From an uncultured Methylomirabilota bacterium (GTDB lineage Bacteria; Methylomirabilota; Methylomirabilia; Methylomirabilales; 2-02-FULL-66-22): a stretch of DNA of 64,000 bases. The stretch covers positions 192,001 to 256,000 of the forward strand of contig CAWJSJ010000001.1 in the NCBI GenBank assembly GCA_963845565.1. The letters are read 5' to 3'. Positions 53,596 to 64,000 of the stretch are shown here, in pieces. Both the position numbers and the translations under genes were made by a program. The notes beneath the pieces are model-generated. The model was not told the DNA's origin, did not search any database, and saw only the letters and a list, made by a program, of their open reading frames with translations. How positions within the stretch are numbered: position 1 is the first letter of the stretch; each line of letters starts with the position of its first letter.

Positions 53596-54150
53596 ATGGC
53601 ACGCGTAATGATGATTGCAGTGTTGGTGCTGAGTCTGGGGCTGCTCGCGGCCCCCGGGTTCGCCGCCGAGAGCACGGCGACGAAGGCTGGCACGACGGCC
53701 ACCGGCGAGGTCACGGACTCCTGGCTCACGTTCAAGACCAAGCTGGCCTTGCTGGCCGACGAGCGGGTCAGCAGTAACGACGTGAGCGTGAAGACCGTGA
53801 AGGGCGTGATCACGCTCCACGGGAAGGTGGGCAGTGCCGAGGAGCAGAAGGCCGCCGAGGAGATAGCACTGAAGATCGAGGGGCAGAAGAAGGTGGTCAA
53901 CCAATTGACGGTGGTACCGACGGCGCAGCGGAAGATGGTCGATCGCCAGGACGACCAGATCGTGACGGACGTCAAGCAGGCACTCACGAAGGAAGCGTCC
54001 CTGAAGAAGGCCACCATCGACGTCCGGGCCGAGAAGGGGATCGTCACCCTGACGGGGAAGGCGCCGTCCCTCGCGACGAGCGTCCGCGCCTCCGAGGTGG
54101 CCCGGCGGGTGTCCGGCGTGCGCGCCGTGCGGAACGAGCTGACGTTGTAG
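53596..54150 (+). CDS. Dual-BON domain (OsmY-like) periplasmic protein
   Basis: Signal peptide; TDSWLTFKTK...GVITLHG...VVNQL and a second BON ending GVRAVRNEL. Confidence 0.92.
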   Translation: MARVMMIAVLVLSLGLLAAPGFAAESTATKAGTTATGEVTDSWLTFKTKLALLADERVSSNDVSVKTVKGVITLHGKVGSAEEQKAAEEIALKIEGQKKVVNQLTVVPTAQRKMVDRQDDQIVTDVKQALTKEASLKKATIDVRAEKGIVTLTGKAPSLATSVRASEVARRVSGVRAVRNELTL

Positions 54151-54615
54151 CACGCAGGAACAGGCCCAGGGGGAAACCCCACGCCTAGCCCGGACAGGAG
54201 GGCTCCGAGGGTTCTGGTGTGGTGGGTCGTGCGCCGTGTAGCCCGGCCGTAACGCGGACCACCGCCCACGTGGCGCGCCATACCCCGCAGGGCAGCAGGA
54301 GAAAGACGATGATCCGTAGCGCTATGCACGTCGAAGGGCCCGCGGACCGCACGGTAGCGGCGGCGCGCCTCGCCAGGCTCGCACTCGCCAGCGCGGCACG
54401 CGCGGTACGCGCGGCCACGGGAGCCGCGATGGCTCGCCCGAGGCCGATGGGCATATCCGGGTATTGGCCGAATCCCTCGTCCACGGAGGGCGGACGACCC
54501 TGGCCGCCGGCGCCACCCCACTGGTAGGGATCCGGCACATCGCCCCGGCGGGGCCCGACGGGAGGGTACGGGGCCGCCCCAAGAGCGCAATCGTATCACC
54601 GCACCTCGAGACCTC

Positions 54616-55615
54616 ATGAAATACCTCGGCCATCTTTCTCACAAAGATCCGCTCTACGGGTATCTCCGCCATGACATCCTCTCGCAGCTTGGCGTCAATG
54701 GGGTCCCTCCTGACTTCCGGGTGTATAGTATTCCCGCATCCAACCATGTCTATCTTTATGAAGATCAAGGCAGCGGGACTCGCCTGGTCGGAAAGTTTTT
54801 CGGCGGCATCGCAAACCGCTCGCCGGAGACGGGTTTGCACTACATGGAGCGAGAATTCAACAACCTTCATTATCTGCGCAGCCTCGGGTTTACCGGCTAT
54901 CCTCATTACGTCGCCCGCCCCCTTGGCCGCAACGGCAGCGTCGATTGCGTGCTGGTGGAGGAGTTCTGTTTGGGGACGCCGCTCGCCGATTTCATCGTGA
55001 AGGCAATTCGGGAAGGAGCGAAGGAGCCCCTTTTCCAAAAACTGACGGCGCTCGCCTATTTTCTCGCCACTGCGCACAACCGGACAGCGACCGGAGACCG
55101 GGTGGACTTCAATAGCGACTGCACGTACTTCGACCGGATTCTGGACCAGTTGAAACAGTGGGGATATCCTTGGATGGGAGGAGGCACAGGAATTCTACCG
55201 GCTGAAAGACCGGTGGCGGGAGAAAGGATGCATGTGGGAGGACTTTCAGGTCCTTGTCCACGGCGATGTGACTCCCAGCAATATCCTCTTCGGTGACGGC
55301 CTTTGGGTCATCGCAATCGACTTGGAGCGAATGAAGTTGGCGGACCGGGTCTTCGACGTCGGGCGGGTTGCCGGCGAGATCAAGCATTTCTTCATGCAGT
55401 ACGCGGGCGACACGCTGCAAGCGGAGCCCTTTATTGGCCACTTCCTCTGGGAGTACGCCTGTCATTTTCCCGACCGGGACGGCGCCTTTACGTCCATTAC
55501 TCGCCGCGTGCCGTTTTACATGGGGCTCACGCTGCTGCGCATCGCCCGCAACTCATGGATCAGCGGAACGTATCGGCGGCAATTGCTGGATGACGCCAAG
55601 AACACACTGAGGTAG
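54616..55615 (+). CDS. Aminoglycoside-phosphotransferase-family kinase (frameshift near 55170)
   Basis: VLVHGDVTPSNILF, IAIDLER in the second frame; N-lobe in 54616..55296. Confidence 0.8.
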
Positions 55616-55622
55616 ACGCATC

Positions 55623-56347
55623 ATGGCAATAAAAGGCATCGTGTTTGATCTCTATGGAACCGTGATTGACATCGAGACCGACGAGTCCCTGGAAGAGATC
55701 TACCGCAGCTATCGCCCATTATCTGACCTATCACGGGGTCTACCTGCACCGGTGGGAGGTCCGGGACCGTTACTACGCGATCATGAAACAGCAGAAAGAA
55801 GAGCGCGGCGAGAACTACCCGGAAATAGACGTGGAGGCCATCTGGAATACCTTCCTCAGGCAGGAAGGCATAGAAGCACCCCTCGCGCGCCGAGAACTGG
55901 CCACGATCCTCGCCCAGCTCTACCGGGCAATCTCCCGGAAACGTCTCCAGCTCTACCCCGAGGTGACGAGGGTGCTGGACGCACTACGCCCGACCTACCG
56001 CATGGCGCTTGTCTCCGACGCGCAGCCCTGCTTTGCCCTGCCGGAGATGAAGGCCGTAGGACTCGAGGGCTATTTCGACCCGATCATCATCTCCGCGCAC
56101 TACGGATTCAGGAAACCCGATGCGAGGCTTACCGCGAAAGGCCCTCGACACGTTGAACCTCGTGCCGACCGAGGTGATCTGCGTGGGCAACGACATGTAC
56201 CGGGATATTTACGGGGCAAGCCGGCTCGGCATCAAGACCATCTTCGTCGACTCCAACCAGGGAGCCAAATCCTATGAGAATGTGACCCCTGACTATGTTG
56301 CGCCCCGGTTCGAGGATGTCCTCAGGGGGGTGGCGGCGCTCAATTAA
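55623..56347 (+). CDS. HAD-family hydrolase (two frameshifts)
   Basis: FDLYGTVID, VSDAQ, RKPD, VGNDMYRDIYGA spread across three frames. Confidence 0.85.
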
Positions 56348-56532
56348 TGACGTGTCGTCGACGGAAGGCTGCGACTGCCGGTGCGTCGCCAGGACGGCGG
56401 CTCCGGTTGCAGGACGCTGGTGGCGCATTCGGACGGGCTGCCTTGAACGAAGGCTGGCGATGGTGGCGTTGCTCGGCTACAATAAATCCTAGACCAATTG
56501 GCGAGGGAGGAGTTCAGGCAGGGAGGTGCCAG

Positions 56533-57973
56533 ATGGGACTCTTTGGGTGGTTGGCCACCCACTGGACGCCGGCATATGAATACCGCGAGTACTTTGGGAA
56601 CGAAATGGAGTACATCGCCTGGGAATCCACCGCTGTTGGGGGCAGGCGAGGGTTTTTGCTCGGTTTTCCGGCCGGGGCACTGCTGACGGTGGCGGTCATC
56701 GGCGGCGCGGTGATGACCGGACTCTACACCCCGCCTTCCCAAACAGTGGCGTCGAGCGAGGGACAGCGAGAGCCCACCGCGTCGCAAGCCACGACCAAGG
56801 AGCTGGACGCCCTGCGGGCAGAGAACCAGGGCCTGAAGAAACAAGTGGTGCAAGTGAACACCGCGTCGCAAGCCACGACGAAAGAGCTGGACGCCCTGCG
56901 GGCAGAGAACCAGGGCCTGAAGAAACAAGTGGTGGAAGTGAACACCGCGTCGCAAGCCACGACCAAGGAGCTGGACGACGCTGCGGGCAGAGAACCAGGG
57001 GCTGAAGAAGCAAGTGATGGACGTGAACACCGCGTCGCAAGCCACGACCACGGAGCTGGACACCCTGCGCGCAGAGAACCAGGGGCTGAAGAAACAAGTG
57101 ATGCAAGTGAGGGCCGCGGGGTCGCAAGCCACGACCAAGGAGCTGGACGCGCTGCGGGCAGAGAGCCAGGGCCTGAAGCAGCAAGTGATGCAGGTCAACG
57201 CCGCGTCGCAAGCCACCACCAAGGAGCTGAACGCGCTGCGGGACGAGAACCAGGGCCTAAAGCAGAAAGTGGTGCAAGTGAACACCGCGTCGCAAGCCAC
57301 GACACAAGGAACTGGAGGCGCTGCGGGCACGAGAACCAGGGCCTGAAGCAGCAAGTGATGCAGGTCAACACCGCGTCGCAAGCCACGACCAAGGAGCTGA
57401 ACGCGCTGCGGGACGAGAACCAGGGGCTGAAGAAGCAAGTGACGGACGTGAAGGCCACCGCGTCGCAAGCCAGGGCGAAGAGGAAGTGCGGAAGTGAAGC
57501 GCGTGAGCGCCACGCTGGCCGCGCTGCGGGCAGAGAACCAGGGCCTGAAGAAGCAAGTGATGGCAGGTGAACCACCGCGTCGCAAGCCACGACGAAGGAG
57601 CTGGACGCGCTGCGGGCAGAGAACCAGGGCCTGAAGAAGCAAGTGATGCAAGTGAAGGCCGCGTCGCAAGCCACGACGAAGGAGCTGGACGCCCTGCGGG
57701 CAGAGAACCAGGGCCTGAAGAAGCAGGTGATGCAAGTGAACACCGCGTCGCAAGCCACGACGAAGGAGCTGGACGCGCTGCGGGCAGAGAACCAGGGCCT
57801 GAAGAAGCAAGTGATGGACGTGAAGGCCGCAGCGACCTGCCCGCCGTGCCAGCCGCAGGCGCCGACAAAGGCCCGACCCCCGGCCCAAGCTGTGGCCGCA
57901 CCACCCCAGGTGTGGTCGCCACCGGCGCCGCGGGGAAATCTACTGGCCTGGAGTAGGGCCGTCGGATCGATGA
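56533..57973 (+). CDS. TM-anchored long coiled-coil repeat protein (several indels)
   Basis: GGAGGT RBS; MGLFGWL...TM...12 repeats of 28 aa...TCPPCQP...WPGV.PSDR. Confidence 0.75.
56779..57828 (+). repeat. 84-bp (28-aa) tandem repeat, 12 units
   Basis: Unit ASQATTKELDALRAENQGLKKQVxxVNT starts at 56779, 56863, 56947, 57032, 57119, 57203, 57287, 57373, 57460 (longer variant), 57577, 57661, 57745. Confidence 0.95.
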
Positions 57974-58072
57974 GCCCATTGGCGTAAGGCAGGCTTGGTC
58001 GCCGTTAAGATAATGGTACCCACCTACGACGACTGGATAGTAGTCCTTTAGGGGTAAATCGGACCCGGTGTC

Positions 58073-58362
58073 CTCGACGAGATCGCCGAGCTCCCGCTGG
58101 AGCTGCAGGTCAAGCTGTTGCGGGGCCTGGAGAGCGGGCAGCTGGAGCGGCTCGGCAGCACCAAGACCCTCACGGTGGATGTCCGGGTGATCGCCGCGAG
58201 CAACCGCGGCCTGGCCGCCCTGGTCGCCACCGACAGCTCCACCTTCCGGGTGTCGGTGGGGACGGCCCCCGCGGCCCGGGCGGCGCCGCCGCGCTGCTCG
58301 GCCTCAACCCCACCACCCTCGTGTCCCGCCTCAAGAAGCTCGGCCTCACGCGTCCCCGCTGA
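58073..58362 (+). pseudogene. Remnant of a sigma54 enhancer-binding protein (FhlA-like HTH)
   Basis: LDEIAELPLELQVKLLR...ERLGSTKTLTVDVRVIAASNR, then an internal deletion, then GPGGAAALLGLNPTTLVSRLKKLGL. No GAFTGA loop or N-terminus. Confidence 0.88.
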
Positions 58363-58374
58363 GCGATCCCGCCC

Positions 58375-58525
58375 CTCCGACCGATCGGAGAGGCTCCGAT
58401 ATATCGTGCGTTTCCCCTCGATGTCTCCGCTGAGATCTTTCCGCCGCATCCCAGCCAACCTCCTGATTCCACCGAGCGGGGACTCGCCTCGGGCCCCCCG
58501 GCGCGCGGCTGGAACTGGCTTTGCA
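58375..58525 (+). promoter_or_regulatory. sigma54 cassette 10
   Basis: CTCCGACCGATCGGAG-aggc-TCCGATATATCGTG; CAACCTCCTGATT (58456); TGGAACTGGCTTTGCA (58510). Confidence 0.9.
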
Positions 58526-58671
58526 TAGTCCAGGGACCAGGGGGGAACGCGGCACGGCGGGCGGTTGGCCGTGCGAGGGCCCGCTGCCTGGGCGACGAGA
58601 CGGAGCCCGATCGGTCCACGGCACCATCCGCACGAGATGGCGGCGAGCCACTCGGAGAGGAGGGAGGGCTC

Positions 58672-58746
58672 ATGAGTTCGATCGTGTACCTGGTCGGCGC
58701 GGTGGTCATCATTGGCGTCGTGCTGAAGATGCTGGGCGTCTATTAA
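58672..58746 (+). CDS. 24-aa membrane microprotein
   Basis: MSSIVYLVGAVVIIGVVLKMLGVY; strong GGAGG RBS; first ORF after cassette 10. Confidence 0.7.
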   Translation: MSSIVYLVGAVVIIGVVLKMLGVY

Positions 58747-58808
58747 GGCGCGGACCCGGGCCGGCGTTGGGTGTCGCATGCACCAGAACGGATCGAAAGG
58801 AGACACAC

Positions 58809-59811
58809 ATGACACGGGGAATGATGATTGCGGTGGTGGTGCTGAGTCTGGGGCTGCTCGCGGCCCCCGGGTTCACCGCCCAGGAGACGGCCGGGGCGGC
58901 CAGGCGCGACGGCTCACCGGCGAGGTCACGGACTCCTGGCTTACCCTCAAGACCAAGCTGGCCTTGCTGGGCGACGAACGGGTGAGCAGTACACGACGTG
59001 AGCGTGAAGACCGTGAAGGGCGTGATCACGCTCCACGGGAAGGTGGCCAGTGCGGAGGAGCAGAAGGCCGCCGAGGAAATCGCCCTCACGATCGAGGGAC
59101 ACAAGAAGGTGGTCAACCAATTGACGGTGGTGCCGAGGCGGAGCGGAAAATGGTCGATCGGCAGGACGACCAGATCGTGACGGACGTCAAGCAGGGGATC
59201 AAGAAGGATGCGTCCCTGAAGAAGACCGACATCGACGTGCGCGCCGAGAAGGGGATCGTCACGCTGACGGGGAAGGCGCCGTCGCTGGAGACCAGCGTCC
59301 GCGCCTCTGAGATGGCCCGCCGGGTGTCCGGCGTGCGCGCCGTGCGGAACGAGCTGGTCGTGCCAGCGCCGGGTCCAGACGGCCCCGGCGCCCGGCCGGT
59401 CGCGGCCCGCGGCGACGACCGCGCGCGTCGACCGCGTCGAGGCCCGCATCACCATGCTGCATGCCACGCTCAACATCACCCCGGCCCAGGAAGAGCTCTG
59501 GACGAACGTCACCCAGGTGATGCGGGACAATGCGCACACCATGGACGCGCTCACGACAGGCCCGGGCCGACCAGGCCACGACCATGACCGCGGTCGAGGA
59601 TCTCAACTCCTATACCGAGATCACCAAGGCCCATGCCGAGGGCCTCACGAAATTCGTCCCCGCCTTCGAGGCGCTCTATGCCAGCATGTCGGACGCGCAG
59701 AAGGCCGAGGCGAATACCATGTTCCGCGGGCACCAGCGCCGCCCCACGGCGGCGAAGGCGCCGATGCCCAAGAGCCCCGCGATCGCGACGAACGCCGCGT
59801 CCATCAAATAG
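58809..59811 (+). CDS. Dual-BON paralog apparently fused to an LTXXQ/Spy-like domain (multiple indels)
   Basis: Near-copy of 53596..54150 with no stop after NEL, then ARITMLHATLNITPAQEELW...LYASMSDAQK. Confidence 0.7.
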
Positions 59812-59859
59812 GGCACCCGCCACGCGCGCGAGGATGCGCGCCCAGAACGGAGGGTCAGC

Positions 59860-60210
59860 ATGAGACCATCGACAGGACGGGCCACGCAGGGGCGCCCGCG
59901 CGTCCGGCACGCTCGGGCTGGCGCTCGCCGTCGCGGCGGTGCTGGTCGGGGGCGCCCTGGCGCCGGCGTTCAGCGCCGATCTACAAGCAGCGCAATCGGC
60001 AACAGGAGCGCGACTGGCGGGCGCATCAAAGCTACCAATGGACGCATCACCCCGCCCGGCGGGCGCATCCACGGTACCAGCGCGCGTATCCGCGCCTATC
60101 GGTACTACGCGCCGCCGCCCGGTGATGTACGCGCCGCCGCCGGTCGTCTACGCCCCGCGCCGTCGCCGGGGATCAGCCTCTTCTTCGGCTTCCCCCTCGG
60201 GCATCGCTAG
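59860..60210 (+). CDS. Hypothetical secreted Pro/Tyr-rich protein (frameshifted)
   Basis: LAVAAVLVGGALAPAFS...YYAPPP.VYAP..PGISLFFGFP across frames. Confidence 0.5.
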   Translation: MRPSTGRATQGRPRVRHARAGARRRGGAGRGRPGAGVQRRSTSSAIGNRSATGGRIKATNGRITPPGGRIHGTSARIRAYRYYAPPPGDVRAAAGRLRPAPSPGISLFFGFPLGHR

Positions 60211-60312
60211 GAGGCGGCGCGACGGGCAGACGGGTCGGGCGCACGGCCGCTCGCCGGCGGGGCGGGCGCCGGAGGTCAAGGGGGGACAACCCTTTTCACA
60301 AAGGAGGGCACG

Positions 60313-61087
60313 ATGTTGCGAAGCATGAAGGATCTCCACGGGTTCACGATCGGGGCCACCGATGGGGACATCGGCACGGTCACCGACGGCTATTTCGACG
60401 ATCTGAGCTTCACGGTGCGCTACGTCGTGGTCGACACGGGGGGGTGGCTGACGGGACGCAAGGTGCTCCTCTCGCCGATCGCCGTCCGAACGATGGACTG
60501 GGCGCAGAAACGGCTCACGGTCGCGCTGACGAAGGCCCAGGTGGAGAAGAGCCCACCGATCGACACGGACAAGCCGGTCTCGCGGCAGCACGAGACCGCC
60601 TACTACGGCTACTATGGCTACACCCCGTACTGGGCGGGGGACTATCTCTGGGGCGCGTCACCCTATCCCTATCTCGGGAGCGGGGCCGGCCCCGAGTGCC
60701 GCGGACCTCGCGCGGGAGCAACGCTGGAATTGGGCGGCCAAGGCGCGGGAGGACCCACACCTGCGGAGCGCGCGCGCGGTGACCGGCTACTACATCCAGG
60801 CGACGGACGGCGACATCGGCCACGTGGAAGACTTTCTCGTGGACGACCAGTCCTGGACGATCCGCTACATGCTCGTGGACACCACCAACTGGTGGGCCGG
60901 CAAGAAGGTGCTGGTGGCCCCCGCCTGGATCAAGCGGGTGGACTGGGCCGAGTCGAAGGTGCACGTGACCGTCACGCGCGCGCAGATCAAGACCAGCCCC
61001 GAGTACGAGCCCGCCCGGCCGGTAGAGCGCGTCTACGAGACGCGGCTGTACGACCACTATGGCCAACCCCGCTACTGGCGGGAGTAG
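60313..61087 (+). CDS. Tandem PRC-barrel protein, paralog of 35946 (frameshift near 60690)
   Basis: MLRSMKDLHGFTIGATDGDIG...DPHLRS...ATDGDIGHVEDFLVDD...YDHYGQPRYW. Confidence 0.88.
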
Positions 61088-61162
61088 CGCGACCGACCCC
61101 GGCCTCCGGGGCGCGCGCGCTCGGGCGCCCCGGCACATTCCCGTCGATGAAAGGAGACGACC

Positions 61163-61330
61163 ATGGTGAAAGATCCGGTGTGCGGCATGCAGGTCGACGA
61201 GAAGAAGGCGGGCGCCATCTCGGCGTACAAGGGAACGACGTACCACTTCTGTGCCCCCACCTGCAAATCGAAATTCGACGCGAGCCCCGAGAAGTTTACC
61301 GGCAAAGGCGTGACCCCCGCCGGGAAGTGA
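61163..61330 (+). CDS. YHS-domain protein
   Basis: MVKDPVCGMQVD...YKGTTYHFCAPTCKSKFDASPEKF. Confidence 0.9.
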   Translation: MVKDPVCGMQVDEKKAGAISAYKGTTYHFCAPTCKSKFDASPEKFTGKGVTPAGK

Positions 61331-61413
61331 CCGGGGGCTGACGGGCGGGGGCGTGCGGGACGCGCCCCCGCCTACTGCCGTGCCCGGGGCGCCACCGCGC
61401 TGACAAAGACGAA

Positions 61414-61536
61414 GCGATCTACGAGCACGGCCTGCTCCGAATCGATGCGCCCTTCAAAGATCCGATGGAAGATGCTATGAAGGTCGCCATCAAAGCAGGT
61501 GGCGTGGAAACCAAGACCAAGAAAATCGAAGCCTGA
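61414..61536 (+). pseudogene. Hsp20/alpha-crystallin C-terminal fragment
   Basis: AIYEHGLLRIDAPFKDPMEDAMKVAI resembles AxYxNGLLxI; no 5' part. Confidence 0.6.
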
Positions 61537-61705
61537 TGACCCGATAACTTGAGAGAGTCTCTTCTCATCCCACCACGGATGACGCCAGATTCATCGGGCC
61601 GGACCCTACCGCTGGAGGTGCCACCCGGGTTCTAATTTCATCTAGGTAAACCCCCGGCTCTCCCGGGGGACTCCGAGAGTGTGACAGTTCCGGGCGTGCC
61701 TGCGT

Positions 61706-62461
61706 GTGGTCCGCGGACCAGCCCGGGAGAGAAGAGAACATGGTCCACATCGCAACTCCAAGATAATGTGGCGCCGTCGCCCTCAGCAAAGTTCAACAGC
61801 GCGCGGCACAACGCCTACGGATGCCCTTCGCGGACAGGTTTCGAAACTCGCGTACGCGTGGGAAAAAATCCGAGAATTGCCTCACCGCCAAGAGGATCGG
61901 CTTCTTCTGTTCGCCAGTGGCGTAGATATCTATCGCACCCAAATCGCGCGTGAGCTTTGGCCGATTTCCTTTCGCCATCTCCGCCCCATTCATATCGTTA
62001 CGGACCAAGCCGGTGCAAGCGCCAAAATGCAAGCGCGAGCGCAGACGCTTCGCACATTCGCGCGATCCGTGCCCTCCGGACACACGGTCACCTCGGCCGA
62101 GATTGATCGATTGATGCCATCGGTGACGCCGTTTCGCGCAGTGGAGGACGAGGACGGAACTTTCATCCTCTTTGAGGGAGTCGGTCGCTACCATGCGATT
62201 CGCGAAGCCCTGGGGGAGGATGCCATTTTGGATATTTGGGTTGAGGTGTTTCGGACGAAGGATCCGGCTCGCACCCTGAGGTTGGTCCATGACGTTCAGC
62301 GCGCCAATGGTCTCCGATCGGGTGTGCCGGGGCCGCTGTTGGATTTGATCGGTCCTGCGAATTCCTCAACTCCTGGATTCTTGGCTCGAGTATGGGAGCA
62401 CGGATTGATCCGGAGTTTTGTGCAGGCCCTGCGCCGGAAGTTCCCAAAAACGGCTGGCTGA
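61706..62461 (+). CDS. Hypothetical protein, possible ParB/sulfiredoxin-like motif
   Basis: PFRAVEDEDGTFILFEGVGRYHAI resembles PIxV...xxxDGxHRxxA; lower GC; start uncertain. Confidence 0.45.
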   Translation: MVRGPARERREHGPHRNSKIMWRRRPQQSSTARGTTPTDALRGQVSKLAYAWEKIRELPHRQEDRLLLFASGVDIYRTQIARELWPISFRHLRPIHIVTDQAGASAKMQARAQTLRTFARSVPSGHTVTSAEIDRLMPSVTPFRAVEDEDGTFILFEGVGRYHAIREALGEDAILDIWVEVFRTKDPARTLRLVHDVQRANGLRSGVPGPLLDLIGPANSSTPGFLARVWEHGLIRSFVQALRRKFPKTAG

Positions 62462-62595
62462 AATCAACCCGTTGTGGCGCGAAGCGCTCGCGGCGCCGCA
62501 TGCCTTCCGATTCGTCCGCCCCGACCGCGCCAGTCGCTTCGCCCTGGCTCGCCGCCGCCCCCGGAGCCCGCGCCAGCGCGCGAACGCGTCCCAGA

Positions 62596-62745
62596 CTCCG
62601 AGATCTCGGAGCCGCTCCGATCCCTCGGGCGGGTGTCGCCGGTCCCTCCGCGGCACAGGTGTCGCCGCCTCCCACCCAACTGTGTAACTCCACAGGGCAG
62701 AGACCTCCCAAGGCGCGGGAGGAGCGCGATGGATCTCGTATTGCA
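62596..62745 (+). promoter_or_regulatory. sigma54 cassette 11
   Basis: CTCCGAGATCTCGGAG-ccgc-TCCGATCCCTCGGG; CAACTGTGTAACT (62677); TGGATCTCGTATTGCA (62730). Confidence 0.88.
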
Positions 62746-62884
62746 CGTGTCCTGAGGGTAAGGGCCGTTTCCTCGCGCACAACGCTCACGGGCAGGAGCG
62801 GGGGGAGCAGGCCGGGACCGGCGCGTCCGCCGTGCGGCGCACGGAGACGCCGGAGCGAGATCTTCCGGGAGGGAGGTGGAACAC

Positions 62885-62971
62885 ATGGACCTCACAACGA
62901 TTGTGATCGTGCTGCTCGTCGTGGCGGTGCTGGGCGGGGGCGGTTGGGGATACTCGCGGTGGCGCCGGTAA
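62885..62971 (+). CDS. 28-aa membrane microprotein
   Basis: MDLTTIVIVLLVVAVLGGGGWGYSRWRR; GGAGGT RBS. Confidence 0.8.
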   Translation: MDLTTIVIVLLVVAVLGGGGWGYSRWRR

Positions 62972-63152
62972 CCGTAACCCTCGCCGCGGAGAGATCTGCC
63001 CCCGGGGCGGCCCGCCACCGTCCTGTGGAGTCGGAGTGTCGTGCGCCCTGGGGGGCGAGAGACACGCGGCCGCCGCCTCGTGGCCGTGTCGGGGCCAGAG
63101 GGGGCGCTGGCTGCGTGTCGGGACGAACTAACCTTTAAAGGAGGGCGAACCC

Positions 63153-63467
63153 ATGAAGACAGCGAGACCGATGGTGCGAACGCTCCTGGTACTGCTGGCG
63201 CTGGTCGTGATCGCCGGCTGTGCATCCACCCGGACCCAGGAAAGCGCGGGGCAGTACACGGATAGTTCCGTGATCACGGCGAAGGTCAAGGCCGCGATCT
63301 TCGACGACAAGACCCTGAAGGTGTTGGACATCAACGTGGAGACCTTCAAGGATGTCGTCCAGTTGAGCGGCTTCGTGAATTCGGCTGAGACCAAGAACCA
63401 TGCGGCCGTGGTGGCCGGCCGCGTCAGCGGCGTGAAATCCGTCAAGAACGATCTGATCATCAAGTAG
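63153..63467 (+). CDS. Single-BON lipoprotein
   Basis: IAGC lipobox; DSSVITAKVKA...INVETFKDVVQLSGFV...VKNDL. Confidence 0.92.
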   Translation: MKTARPMVRTLLVLLALVVIAGCASTRTQESAGQYTDSSVITAKVKAAIFDDKTLKVLDINVETFKDVVQLSGFVNSAETKNHAAVVAGRVSGVKSVKNDLIIK

Positions 63468-64000
63468 GGGGGTTCGAGGCGGGGAGGGTGCGCGTGGCGC
63501 CGTCGCCCGGCCCCACGCCCCCGTGGCGTTGCCGACATCCGTAGCACGCTGCGGGGGGTGTGGCGGCGGCACGGCGGCGTTTCGACGCGGCGGGCCTCGG
63601 TGGCCCCAGAAGCACAATCGTATCCCCTAAAGGTCCGCCCTTGGCGCCGTGATGCTTTCTCTCGCTTCGCTACGGCGCGGTCGGACGGGGCACCAGAGGA
63701 GCGAGCGTAGTCGGGTGCTCCGGGGGCGGGAAGTTCTCTTTTGTGAAATAGTCCATGGAACGATGTGACCCGTCGGCGTTTCAGCCCCATCCTAGAGTTA
63801 GGGCGTCGTCCGTCTGTGGTCCTCATGGCGTGAGGCAGCATGGGCCGCCACAATACTCCTTCCCTTCATTCGCCCCGAGGCCACGGCGGTAGCAGCCCGC
63901 ACGTCGAGGGGGGAGCTTTGCTGCGAGGGAGCGATCGAGCCATGCCCGATGTTCGGGGGCAGCGGTGCTGGGTGATTGGCTGCAGCTGCTCCCGGACGCC

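Noticed and set aside
56779..57828. Regular repeat array as a possible CRISPR
   Set aside because: Units are contiguous 84-bp coding repeats with no unique spacers, and no cas genes are present.

Overview
High-GC bacterial DNA; the style suggests an uncultured soil lineage such as Methylomirabilota/Rokubacteria, but this is a guess. Many single-base frameshifts look like assembly indels. 1-15 kb is ordinary minus-strand chromosome: ZnuA-like binding protein plus Fur-family regulator, M16 peptidase, TetR-HlyD-ABC efflux operon, and a Fur-DtxR-FeoB-FTR1 iron operon. About 15.4-64 kb is a mosaic stress island: CheR-PAS, hybrid kinase, FtsH, DnaK, Csp, GlsB x2, entericidin, DUF3309, CsbD, BON x3, PRC-barrel x2, Ysc84, desaturase, truncated OtsA/B, haloperoxidase, a metallothionein-like peptide and several membrane microproteins. 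Main finding: 11 copies of one ~150-bp promoter cassette lie upstream of the island operons. Each has tandem palindromic enhancer sites (TCCGA-N4-TCGGA), an IHF-like site 53-54 bp before the promoter box, and a non-canonical sigma54 -24/-12 box (TGGATC-N5-TTGCA type), with spacing conserved to within 2 bp. A decayed FhlA-like enhancer-binding-protein gene ends 12 bp before two of the cassettes. This suggests a general-stress regulon run by sigma54 and one enhancer-binding protein. Also present: an inverted gene duplication with 1 versus 12 copies of an 84-bp coiled-coil repeat, a DAC-domain gene with an altered catalytic motif, and a block of phage/plasmid-like small ORFs.
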